From Calditrichales bacterium (GTDB taxonomy: Bacteria; Calditrichota; Calditrichia; Calditrichales; J004), in contig OZ254086.1 of assembly GCA_965267575.1 (NCBI GenBank), forward strand, positions 2,912,001 to 2,976,000: DNA of 64,000 nucleotides, given 5' to 3'. Made by a program: the position numbers and the translations under genes. The notes under the pieces are model-generated. The model ran no database searches. It was given only the letters and a program-made list of their open reading frames with translations, and had not been told where the DNA came from. This document shows positions 1-8,794 of the stretch, one piece after another (position 1 is the first letter of the stretch; every line of letters starts with the position of its first letter).

Positions 1-658
1 CATTCATCGTACCATCATTATCTTTAAGCCCGCATTTGTAATTTATTAGACCTATGTTTTCATCTTTTTCAACAGCATAATAGGCCTCGTTTTCTTCGCG
101 AGAAAAATAGCCGCCAACGGATTCATCATCATAAATAACTGATCGGCTGTACCTCAGACTGTCTGGATTATAGCGTAGAGCAAATTCAATATCACTTATG
201 GCAGGCATTTCGGCTACAATAAATTCCAAATTAAAAGGTACGTCGACCCCTACGGAGTCCGCGTCTGGTCTTAGATATAGCGTAAGATGTGAAAAAACAG
301 GCAGTTTAATAAACCTATAGTATTTCAGAATAGTGTTTCCATACGGGTAGGCTAGGTAAACACCGAATAGATTTAGCCCTATTTCTGGGTTTTCAAACGT
401 AATTATGCCATCTTCCTGAACCGGGCGAATAATATCTTTGTACTTATAGCTCATATCAGCATATTGGTTTGGCTTTCCGAATCGGTAGATTACTATGTCG
501 TCGTTAAGCACTTCAAACGGTCCGGGTCCTTCAAGTTGTGTTATTTTTAGCGGCTGGTAGTTGGGACCTGTTGGATCAAATGGTCCACGTTCAGGAGTTT
601 CAGGAAGACAACTAAATAATCCAAGGCATATCAAGTAAATCAAACTTAAACGAACCAT
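1..658 (-). CDS. Lipoprotein with cohesin-like domain; 3' end runs off window; paralog of 763..1587
   Basis: Not in ORF track. Hand translation from ATG at 658 (AGAGG RBS upstream) gives MVRLSLIYLICLGLFSCLPETPERGPFDPTGPNYQPLKITQLEGP...FNLEFIVAEMPAISDIEFALRYNPDSLRYS, colinear with the next ORF. Lipobox LFSC. Confidence 0.8.
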   Translation of the reverse strand, partial: MVRLSLIYLICLGLFSCLPETPERGPFDPTGPNYQPLKITQLEGPGPFEVLNDDIVIYRFGKPNQYADMSYKYKDIIRPVQEDGIITFENPEIGLNLFGVYLAYPYGNTILKYYRFIKLPVFSHLTLYLRPDADSVGVDVPFNLEFIVAEMPAISDIEFALRYNPDSLRYSRSVIYDDESVGGYFSREENEAYYAVEKDENIGLINYKCGLKDNDGTMN

Positions 659-762
659 TTAATTAAACCTCTAATATAACCTCAAAACCGTTGGCTGTTT
701 TAATTCAAGAAAAAACTTGGTACGATGTAATCCAATCAGCATTTGAATTAATTAACGGGATT

Positions 763-1587
763 TTAATAAACCGTAATCCCTTTGCTAATTATGTTTACCG
801 GAATTGTCTGGTCAGCACTATTCATAACAACGATATTTTCAAGGATATCAATCTTTGTTTCGCCTATTAAATCCTTGCTATAAAATCGTAATGTTGCCAG
901 TCTCCCGGATCCGCTATTATTCGTATTTCCGTCGTTGTTTTTGATACCAATATTAAAACTTATCTCTCCGGCTGAACTGTTATTGTCGACCTCTTTATAA
1001 ATATTTATGCCGTCTCCAGCAAAAAAGCTTCCAAGGACTTTATCACTTAATATTACTGCAATACTATACTGCAAGCTGTCGGTATTAAAACTGATTGTAA
1101 AATTCATATCACTGATTGGGGGCATTTCGGATAAAACGATTTCCACATTAAACGAACTGGATGTTTCCACAGAATCAAATTCGGGAATTACATAAATAGC
1201 GGTTTGTAAAGGTCCGACTTTTATGAAGTTATAGCCTTGAGAAATACTCGAGCCGTCTGGATATGATAGATTAACAAAAAAACTATGAAAGCCTAACTTA
1301 GGATGCATGAAAGATATACTTCCATCATCTGCAACAGGTCTGATTTTTTCCATATATTTATAAGTCATTGTAGCTTTTTCGCTGGGTATGGCAAAGCGGT
1401 ATGTAAGTTCATCGGCTTTAACCACCGCATAATCCTCTTCCGGCCCTTCAAGAAGGGTTATTTGTAGGGGGTCATATTCGATTCCGGTGGGATCAAGAGC
1501 TGATCGCTCTAATTTTTCAGGAAGACAGCTTAAGAAAATAAGCGAAATAGAAACAGAAACTAATAACAACTTCATGTTGATCACCAT
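763..1587 (-). CDS. Lipoprotein with C-terminal cohesin-like beta-sandwich
   Basis: Lipobox IFLSC. FNVEIVLSE...FTISFNTDSLQY...SGSGRLATLRF fits the cohesin pattern. Confidence 0.65.
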   Translation of the reverse strand: MVINMKLLLVSVSISLIFLSCLPEKLERSALDPTGIEYDPLQITLLEGPEEDYAVVKADELTYRFAIPSEKATMTYKYMEKIRPVADDGSISFMHPKLGFHSFFVNLSYPDGSSISQGYNFIKVGPLQTAIYVIPEFDSVETSSSFNVEIVLSEMPPISDMNFTISFNTDSLQYSIAVILSDKVLGSFFAGDGINIYKEVDNNSSAGEISFNIGIKNNDGNTNNSGSGRLATLRFYSKDLIGETKIDILENIVVMNSADQTIPVNIISKGITVY

Positions 1588-2330
1588 TAAAAGTAGACAG
1601 ACAGTGTTACAACAGGCTTCTCCCGTATAGATGAAAACCCGATAAATATTGGTTTTTTTGATTCTTCATCAGACGCATTTTCAGATTGCGTATTGAAATA
1701 AGCGTCCAATACACTCCAGCTATAAGCTGCCAAACAGAACGCTCCAAAAATAAAGATTCTATTTCTCTCTTTTTCCAGCGTGTTGTAGACGCTTTCTGCT
1801 TCCTGAAACAACGGCTCATACTGGTCTCGAATTACGTTGTTTTTATATTCCTCTTTTGCCTGAAGATAACGGTCTTTTTGGTCGTTAAAAGTTGAGTATT
1901 GATTAATTGTCATCAATAAAGTTACGATAAATGCTGTGCTTTGCAGAGAACCTTTTACATAGTGGTTGCTAAGTAATTGTCCTGAGCCGGGCAAAAACAA
2001 AGAAAATGTAAGAGCGTTTTCTTTATAGCGATTTACGATAGGGGATAAGGTGGCGTCTATGGTCTGGATACGATCATTGCTGAAACTAACTATATAACTA
2101 GCATGCTGGTAGCCTTCCTGCTTAAGGTCAACTTGTATTGTATCCTTTTGCGTCCTGATAGAATACATTAAAGGGCTTTTACCTATATACTTACCGTCCA
2201 GATAGACATTGGCCCTTGATGGTTTACTGCTCACCCGGATTTGGTTATAGGCTTCTTGTCCATAAACGATCGTTGTTAATGCAAGGATTATTAGCACATA
2301 CTTCCATGTATTTTTCATGATAACGCCCAT
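1587..2330 (-). CDS. PEGA-domain exported/membrane protein
   Basis: Signal peptide. VSSKPSRANVYLDGKYIGKSPL...LKQEGYQ is a PEGA domain. SLFLPGSGQL hydrophobic C-terminal module (DUF5683-like). Confidence 0.75.
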   Translation of the reverse strand: MGVIMKNTWKYVLIILALTTIVYGQEAYNQIRVSSKPSRANVYLDGKYIGKSPLMYSIRTQKDTIQVDLKQEGYQHASYIVSFSNDRIQTIDATLSPIVNRYKENALTFSLFLPGSGQLLSNHYVKGSLQSTAFIVTLLMTINQYSTFNDQKDRYLQAKEEYKNNVIRDQYEPLFQEAESVYNTLEKERNRIFIFGAFCLAAYSWSVLDAYFNTQSENASDEESKKPIFIGFSSIREKPVVTLSVYF

Positions 2331-2379
2331 AGCTGGTATAACGTAAGTTAAATAAGTTTACGGGCCAGATATAAAAAAT

Positions 2380-3246
2380 TCAAGAAAAAACTTCATGGGC
2401 GATATTATTTTTGCCGGCCTTTTTTACGTTATACATCAACTCATCCGCGCGGGCGATTAGCTTTTCTGCTTCATCCGGTATGCTGGCCGCGGTAACCGCA
2501 CCAATACTGAAGCTGACCGGCCAGCCGTTTTTTTCCATCTCTTCGAGCAGCAAACCTTGCAACTTCGCGGATGCTTTTCCCGCTGCGTCCTCTCCTGTTT
2601 CGGGCATCAGCACGGCAAATTCATCACCGCCCAAGCGCGCCACCGTGTCATTTTCGCGCACGTTAACGCTCATAGCTGTGGCTACGCGGCGCAAGAGTTC
2701 ATCGCCGGTTTTATGACCGTAACGATCGTTAACAAACTTGAAATTATCCAGGTCGATATAGAGTAATGTTAAGGGATTGCCGTTGCGGCGGGCACGTGCT
2801 ACTTCGGCTTTTAGCACAATATAAAAATAACGGCGATTGGCTACAGCGGTAAGACTGTCGTTAAGGGCCAGCTCGCGCAATTGTACCATTACAACGCGCA
2901 AACGGGAAATAAGATAACCGATGATGATAAAAAAGAGCAGGCGGGTTGCCGTATTCCACCAGGGAATCCAGGGCTCGGAGTAGGTCTCGCCGGCAAGAAG
3001 GTTGGCCGCTTCCCAAAGCAGCGCGCAGGACAAGGCCACAAGCATCGTGCGGTAGGTACCTAAAAACCAGCCTGCCATCACAACGGGAATAGAATAAAAA
3101 ACGGCAAAAGATACTTCATAGCCGGTAAGGTAATCGAGAGAAGCCAGAATAAGCGCAACCACCATGATTGTGGCGACAATCAGCGGTCGCGAAAATTCGC
3201 GGTATACAAAGGGCTGCATGGCAAATCCGTTGCTGATATAAACCAC
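2380..3246 (-). CDS. Membrane-bound diguanylate cyclase (GGDEF)
   Basis: About four N-terminal TM helices; DSLT..NRRYF, DLDNFKFVNDRYGH, ARLGGDEF; RxxD I-site (REND). Confidence 0.93.
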   Translation of the reverse strand: MVYISNGFAMQPFVYREFSRPLIVATIMVVALILASLDYLTGYEVSFAVFYSIPVVMAGWFLGTYRTMLVALSCALLWEAANLLAGETYSEPWIPWWNTATRLLFFIIIGYLISRLRVVMVQLRELALNDSLTAVANRRYFYIVLKAEVARARRNGNPLTLLYIDLDNFKFVNDRYGHKTGDELLRRVATAMSVNVRENDTVARLGGDEFAVLMPETGEDAAGKASAKLQGLLLEEMEKNGWPVSFSIGAVTAASIPDEAEKLIARADELMYNVKKAGKNNIAHEVFS

Positions 3247-3282
3247 TAAGTTAGGGGAAAGTGATCAACAATGCCATGCCAT

Positions 3283-4653
3283 TTATTTAATGTAGACTGT
3301 CTTGGCGTTTACAAATTCTTTTATCCCGAGATGCGAAAGCTCGCGGCCATAACCGCTTTCCTTTACACCGCCAAATGGCAGGCGCGGATCGGATTTCACA
3401 AACGAATTCACAAAGACATTCCCGCTGTCGATCAGCTTAGTCGCGATATAGCGCCCTTTGTTCAGGTCGCTTGTAAAGACGGCGCCTCCAAGTCCATACG
3501 GCGAGTCGTTGGCGATGCGGATGGCATCTTCGTCATTTTTTGCCGTTATGATCGCCGCGACGGGACCGAACAATTCTTCTTCGTAGGCCGGCATCGCCTT
3601 GCTTACATCGGCCAGAACCGTGGCCGGGTACCAGGCGCCGGGCCTGTCGGGAATAGTACCCCCCGTAAGTCTTTTGGCGCCTTTGGCAAGACTCTGCGCA
3701 ACCTGGTTGTGCAGCGTATCACGAAGATCTTCACGGGCCATCGGGCCAATGTCGCTGTCTTCTGAAAAGGGATCGCCCATTTTTTTGGATTCCATCTTTT
3801 CAACGACTGCTTCCGTAAAAGGCTTGAGTATATCTTTTTCTACAATAAAGCGTTTGGCGGCTATGCAGCTTTGGCCGCTGTTAATCAATCGGCTTGCCAC
3901 GCACGTTTCCGCGGCCATTTCAATATCCGCATCTTTAAGGACGATATAAGGGTCGCTGCCTCCTAACTCCAGCACCGTTTTTTTAAGACGTGAACCGGCG
4001 GCCTGCGCCACAGCTTTTCCCGCGCGCGTGCTTCCGGTCAGCGTAACGGCACGGACATGCTCGTTATCAATAATCGTTTTTTCGACCCTGTCTTTGTTTA
4101 CCACCAATGTGCGGAACAGATTGTCGGGAAAACCGGCCTGCTGAAAAATTTGTTCAATGGCCAGCGCGCAGCCCGTGCTGTTTTCCGAATGCTTTAGTAC
4201 AGCGGCGTTGCCTGCAGCCAGTGCCGGCGCAGCAAAACGAAAAACCTGCCAGAAAGGAAAATTCCAGGGCATAATGGCCAGAACAACGCCCAGCGGCTGG
4301 TAGGTTACAAAACTTTCGGTGGCGTCTGTAGCAATGTGCTCGTCACCCAGAAAATCCGCGGCATGTTCGGCGTAATATTCGCAGACCCAGGCGCATTTTT
4401 CGGCTTCTGAAATACCCTGTTTAAGCGGCTTGCCCATTTCACGGGCCATCAGCTCGGCAAGCTCTTTGGATCGTTTCTTTAGGATAGCGGCGGTTTGGGC
4501 CAGAAAGTGCGCGCGTTGACGTACCGGCAGCAGACGCCATTCCAAGAAGCTTCTGTGACTGCTTTGAATGATTTCGCCGATTTCCTTGTCTGAATGTTCC
4601 TGGTAGGTTTCCAGCTTCTCACCGCTGGCCGGATTTATGGTGGTGATGGTCAT
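3283..4653 (-). CDS. sad: NAD(P)-dependent succinate-semialdehyde dehydrogenase (Sad/GabD1 type)
   Basis: IMPWNFPFWQVFRF, LELGGSDP, NSGQSC, EELFGP and PFGGVKESGYGRE aldehyde dehydrogenase motifs. Confidence 0.85.
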   Translation of the reverse strand: MTITTINPASGEKLETYQEHSDKEIGEIIQSSHRSFLEWRLLPVRQRAHFLAQTAAILKKRSKELAELMAREMGKPLKQGISEAEKCAWVCEYYAEHAADFLGDEHIATDATESFVTYQPLGVVLAIMPWNFPFWQVFRFAAPALAAGNAAVLKHSENSTGCALAIEQIFQQAGFPDNLFRTLVVNKDRVEKTIIDNEHVRAVTLTGSTRAGKAVAQAAGSRLKKTVLELGGSDPYIVLKDADIEMAAETCVASRLINSGQSCIAAKRFIVEKDILKPFTEAVVEKMESKKMGDPFSEDSDIGPMAREDLRDTLHNQVAQSLAKGAKRLTGGTIPDRPGAWYPATVLADVSKAMPAYEEELFGPVAAIITAKNDEDAIRIANDSPYGLGGAVFTSDLNKGRYIATKLIDSGNVFVNSFVKSDPRLPFGGVKESGYGRELSHLGIKEFVNAKTVYIK

Positions 4654-4739
4654 ACATTTCTCCGAGGTTAAAATCCTGATGTGACACGCTTTCGGAAATT
4701 ACATTTTGCCGCTGGGAAATGGCTGTTATATGTCTTACA

Positions 4740-5639
4740 CTACTCAAGGCTGCGCGAATGGCGGATATGACCGTAATTCAAAATCGCAACAAACATGCTT
4801 CCGCCCACGAGATTGCCCAGCAGAGCGAGACCAATAAACCCTGTGGCCTGCAATACTGAAAACTGGTCGCTTACAAACATGGCCGTAAACATTTCCACCG
4901 ATCCGGCAATGGAGTGATGCAATCCGCCAAGACCAATGAGGAAAGTGGTGAAATAGATCGAAACGATCTGCGAAAAGGTGGGCGGTGTGGCCAGCACCAG
5001 CCAGGCGCCCAGGGCCATAAGCCATCCGGCAAGAACGGCGCTGAAGAATATGGCCAGCGAACTGTAGTCGAGCATTTTGACGGCCAGGTAAATATAGCCG
5101 CTTTTAGCCCCGATCACTTCATCGGCCAGCGTAAGCAATCCCGCCGCTATTATTGCGCCGACGAGGTTACCGAAAATTACCAGAACCCAAAGGCGCAATA
5201 AGGTTTTGGGACCTGCCCGGCGATCCAGTACGGGGTAAACCGCCGTTGCTGTGTGTTCGGTAAAAAGCTGTGAGCCGCTCATTATACAGATAACAAACCC
5301 CAGCGGGTAGATCAGCGCTATCAGAAGGTGACGCAGGGAGCTGTTTTCGATACCTTCCAAAGACGCTATGACGCCCACCCCCATGACACTGAATGCCAGG
5401 ATTAGTCCGGCGGCTATGGACGAGAGGATCAGCGAAATGTTGGGACGTTCCAGCTGTTCCAGACCCTCGTTTATGGCATGTTCCAGAACATCATCGGAAT
5501 GGCGCACCACCTCGTCGTTACGTTTGACAATAACCGGAAGGTACTCTTCGTCTTCGCGCCTTCGTACCTGCTGTCTTATCGTTGTTGCGCCGGCTGCCTT
5601 TTCTTTGTTGCCGGGGGTGATGATCTTTTTCTCTTTCAT
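4740..5639 (-). CDS. Formate/nitrite transporter family protein (YfdC type)
   Basis: EGLEQLERP, YPLGF..SQLFTEHT, LHHSIAGSVE, LLGNLVGG; multi-TM. Confidence 0.88.
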   Translation of the reverse strand: MKEKKIITPGNKEKAAGATTIRQQVRRREDEEYLPVIVKRNDEVVRHSDDVLEHAINEGLEQLERPNISLILSSIAAGLILAFSVMGVGVIASLEGIENSSLRHLLIALIYPLGFVICIMSGSQLFTEHTATAVYPVLDRRAGPKTLLRLWVLVIFGNLVGAIIAAGLLTLADEVIGAKSGYIYLAVKMLDYSSLAIFFSAVLAGWLMALGAWLVLATPPTFSQIVSIYFTTFLIGLGGLHHSIAGSVEMFTAMFVSDQFSVLQATGFIGLALLGNLVGGSMFVAILNYGHIRHSRSLE

Positions 5640-5650
5640 GAAACTCTCTT

Positions 5651-7312
5651 CTACTTTTTTCTGCGTGATCGTTCATCGACAAACAGAATGCGAAACGCCA
5701 GAACGGCGCCGGTTATTGCGGCGACAAGAAAAAAGAGGATAGCGATGAGCGGATAGCCCAAAACGGTCAGGTTGGTTTCAACGCGCATCATTAGTGCCGC
5801 GCCCACAATAAGTGCCGCCAGGATCATGCCGACTGTAAGCCGGTTGGCGATTTTCTGAAAGCCGGTCATCAGGTAGCGTTCGTCAATGGCATCGACGTGC
5901 AGCTTGAGGCGGTTTCCGGCCAGCAACTCCATTATCTTGCTGAGGCGCGACGGTAGCTGCGTAACAAACTCCTTGCTGTCCAGCAAAACATTCACCGCGC
6001 CATGGGCATTAAGCGATCGTGCCATTTCCCTGCGCATTATTTGCGGGGCGTACTCGCGCACTTCATTGAACGGGTCAAATTCCGGATCGAGCGTTTTGCC
6101 GACCGCGTCGAGATTGAGCATCGCTTTGCCCAGCATGGTCAGCTCATTGGGCATGTTGATGCCGCATTCGTTGGATATTTGTATCACTTCCAGCATCATG
6201 CGCCCCAGCTGCATTTTTTGCAGGGCGCTGTACTGGTGGCGGGTTACAAATTCATTCACGCGGCTCAGCAGTTTTTTTTCGTCGAAATCAACCCGGGGAT
6301 CACCGATGCGTATGGCGTATTGTGCCACGCCTTCGCTGTCCTTTTCGCCAAGGGCCGTTAAAATGCGCGAAAGCTTTTGCTTAAGATGAGGCGCAATAAA
6401 GCCCACCTGTCCAAAGTCGATCAGCGCGATGTGCCCGTGGTCGGTCAAAAAAACGTTGCCGGGGTGCGGGTCGGCGTGGTAGAAACCGTCGCTCATGATC
6501 ATGGTCAGGTAAGCACGGAAAAGCTCGCGGGCCAGTGTTTTGCCATCCAGCCCGTGATAGAGCGTGGGATCGATTTCGGTCACCTTTCTGCCATGCACGA
6601 AATCCATAGTCAGGATTTTGCTGCTGGTAAACCGTTCTACCGGCTCCGGGATTTCGATAAGCCGGAAGTCTTCCAGATTTCTGGCGCAGTGCGCCATATT
6701 TAGCGCCTCCTGGCGGAAGTCCAGCTCGCGCAACAAAGCCCGGCGAAACTCAATGAGCTTGGCGTGGGTCTGAAAATGCTGGCCCAGTTCGGTGTGTTTT
6801 TCCAGGAATTCGGCCGCCTCGCCAAAGGCATCCAGGTCAAGTATGATCTGCTTGCGGATACCCGGACGCTGCACTTTTACGGCCACCTCGCGACCGTCGC
6901 GCATCACCGCGTAGTGGGTCTGGCTCAGTGATGCCGCGGCCAGCGGCTGTTCATCAAATTGGCGGAATGCCTTGCTGATACGCATACCGGTTTCGTCATA
7001 AAAAATGCGTTCCACCTGTTCGTAGCTAAAAGGGTCAACCCGGTCCTGCAAGCGCGTTAGAACGGCCAGGTAGGCCGCGGGCAGCAAATCGGCGCGGGTG
7101 GAGAGAAACTGCCCCAGCTTGATGTAGGTTGGGCCGAGTTTTTCCAGGTCACGGGGCAAATCGGCGATCTCGGTCACGTCCACATCAATGGGTTCGCTTA
7201 CCACGTTATTCAGGCCCAGTTGCCGCGCAATATCCGTGCGACCGTGTTTTATCAGTAACCAGCCCAGGTCGGCATAGCGTTTCAGGTGTTCGGGTCGTAT
7301 GCGAAATGCCAT
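5651..7312 (-). CDS. AarF/UbiB/ABC1 family atypical kinase
   Basis: LEKLGPTYIKLGQFLSTRADLLP, AAASLSQ, VAVKVQRP, FYHADPHPGN, IDFG; two C-terminal TM helices. Confidence 0.93.
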   Translation of the reverse strand: MAFRIRPEHLKRYADLGWLLIKHGRTDIARQLGLNNVVSEPIDVDVTEIADLPRDLEKLGPTYIKLGQFLSTRADLLPAAYLAVLTRLQDRVDPFSYEQVERIFYDETGMRISKAFRQFDEQPLAAASLSQTHYAVMRDGREVAVKVQRPGIRKQIILDLDAFGEAAEFLEKHTELGQHFQTHAKLIEFRRALLRELDFRQEALNMAHCARNLEDFRLIEIPEPVERFTSSKILTMDFVHGRKVTEIDPTLYHGLDGKTLARELFRAYLTMIMSDGFYHADPHPGNVFLTDHGHIALIDFGQVGFIAPHLKQKLSRILTALGEKDSEGVAQYAIRIGDPRVDFDEKKLLSRVNEFVTRHQYSALQKMQLGRMMLEVIQISNECGINMPNELTMLGKAMLNLDAVGKTLDPEFDPFNEVREYAPQIMRREMARSLNAHGAVNVLLDSKEFVTQLPSRLSKIMELLAGNRLKLHVDAIDERYLMTGFQKIANRLTVGMILAALIVGAALMMRVETNLTVLGYPLIAILFFLVAAITGAVLAFRILFVDERSRRKK

Positions 7313-7319
7313 AAAGTTT

Positions 7320-8669
7320 TCAAATATCCTTTAGTTTTAAATTGTGTGAAGATTCGCTTTGCAGTTTGGCGAATGCCTCCATGCTGGAACGCAGTTTGTC
7401 TGCTGCGTGATCCTGCGGGATTTTCAGCTCTTTGTCGTTGATACGATCCAGCTTGTGTAAAACATACTGCACGGTATAGCTCTCTATGTTGTGCGCGGGC
7501 TGATATTGGAAAACGTAATCAGCGTTGTTGTTTTGCACGCGGCTTACCAGACCGCCTTCGACAAGGTCCTGCACAAGATCGCGCACCAGCTTTACCGGAA
7601 TACCGCTGGAATCGGCCAGCTGCTCGTCATCGGGCGGCGCCTCCTTCTCCTGGAAGGCTTTAACGATCTTCTGGCAAAGCAACAGCGAAAGCAGCTTCCT
7701 GTTGAAATGGTTCAGGTCGCGCGTACGCACTTCCTGCGTGTAAGTGCGAACATTCTGGATGGAGAAGGCCAGCTCCCCGCCAAACAAGACAATCGACCAG
7801 CTTATCTGCAGCCAGATGAGGAACAGCGGTATGGCCGCAAAACTGCCGTAAATGGCGTTATTGCGCGACACCCCGATCTGGAATTCCAAATACAGCCATT
7901 GCGTAAGCTGGTAAATCGTACCGGCGATGATGGCCGCATAAATGGCCGGCATGATGTTGACGCGCGTGTTGGGCATAAACAGGTAGATCAGGAAAAAGAG
8001 TACCCAGATCAATGAATATGGAGCGGCCTTGAGCAGAAACAAGACAAACGGGCCGTAAAGCGCCGATAGCGGCAGATTCTGGATGACTTCGGCCAGTCGC
8101 GCAGTTATAAGCAGCGTGAGACTACTGGAAATGATAAACAACAGCGGGCCGATGATCACAATCGCCAGGTAATCCGTGAATTTGCGCAGCCAGGAGCGTG
8201 CGGTTTTTATATTCCATATCTGGTTGAACGATTCTTCAATGTTGCTCATTACCTTGATGACCGTCCAGACCAGAATGGCCACGCCGACGCCGGCAATGAT
8301 GCCGCCTGGCATATTTTCCAGCAGCGAGTTGGCAAAAGTTAGCACCTGGGTGATTACTTCCTGGTGCTCGGGCAGTGTTTCGCGTAAACGTGTTTTAAGC
8401 ACGCTCTGAATGCCGAAGCCTTTGGCAATGCCCAGCACCATGGCCATAACGGGAACAAGAGAGAGCAGGGTGTAAAAAGTAAGCGCCGATGCCCGCAGCG
8501 AGCCGTTGTCTTTTATAAAGCCGCGCAGGGCCAATACCAGTATGCGCAGGCGATAAAGCAGCCAGGCGCGCCCCCTGGAAAAATCGGCAAGACTAATTTT
8601 CCAGATATCGTATTTGATAAAATGGATCAATTTGTCGATTTTCTGATCAATCCCGGCCACGAAGTGCAA
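7320..8669 (-). CDS. YihY/virulence factor BrkB family membrane protein with C-terminal winged HTH-like domain
   Basis: LRASALTFYTLLSLVP, IEESFNQIW, AIYGSFAAIPLFLIWLQISW. True start may be GTG at 8660 (GGAG 9 nt upstream). Confidence 0.9.
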   Translation of the reverse strand: MHFVAGIDQKIDKLIHFIKYDIWKISLADFSRGRAWLLYRLRILVLALRGFIKDNGSLRASALTFYTLLSLVPVMAMVLGIAKGFGIQSVLKTRLRETLPEHQEVITQVLTFANSLLENMPGGIIAGVGVAILVWTVIKVMSNIEESFNQIWNIKTARSWLRKFTDYLAIVIIGPLLFIISSSLTLLITARLAEVIQNLPLSALYGPFVLFLLKAAPYSLIWVLFFLIYLFMPNTRVNIMPAIYAAIIAGTIYQLTQWLYLEFQIGVSRNNAIYGSFAAIPLFLIWLQISWSIVLFGGELAFSIQNVRTYTQEVRTRDLNHFNRKLLSLLLCQKIVKAFQEKEAPPDDEQLADSSGIPVKLVRDLVQDLVEGGLVSRVQNNNADYVFQYQPAHNIESYTVQYVLHKLDRINDKELKIPQDHAADKLRSSMEAFAKLQSESSHNLKLKDI

Positions 8670-8794
8670 CTCCTGAAAAAGGTGTTAAGTAAAGTAAAAA
8701 CAAACACAACCAAATCAATAATAGGTTCCCAGCCTGTTATGGTTTGTAACTTAATTAACAGAAGCCTAAAGAGCATATACCCTTTAATAGATTT

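Noticed and set aside
2326..2353. dif-like site (GTAAGTTAAAT resembles the XerD arm) at the AT-rich boundary
   Set aside because: The XerC arm does not match; probably chance in AT-rich DNA.
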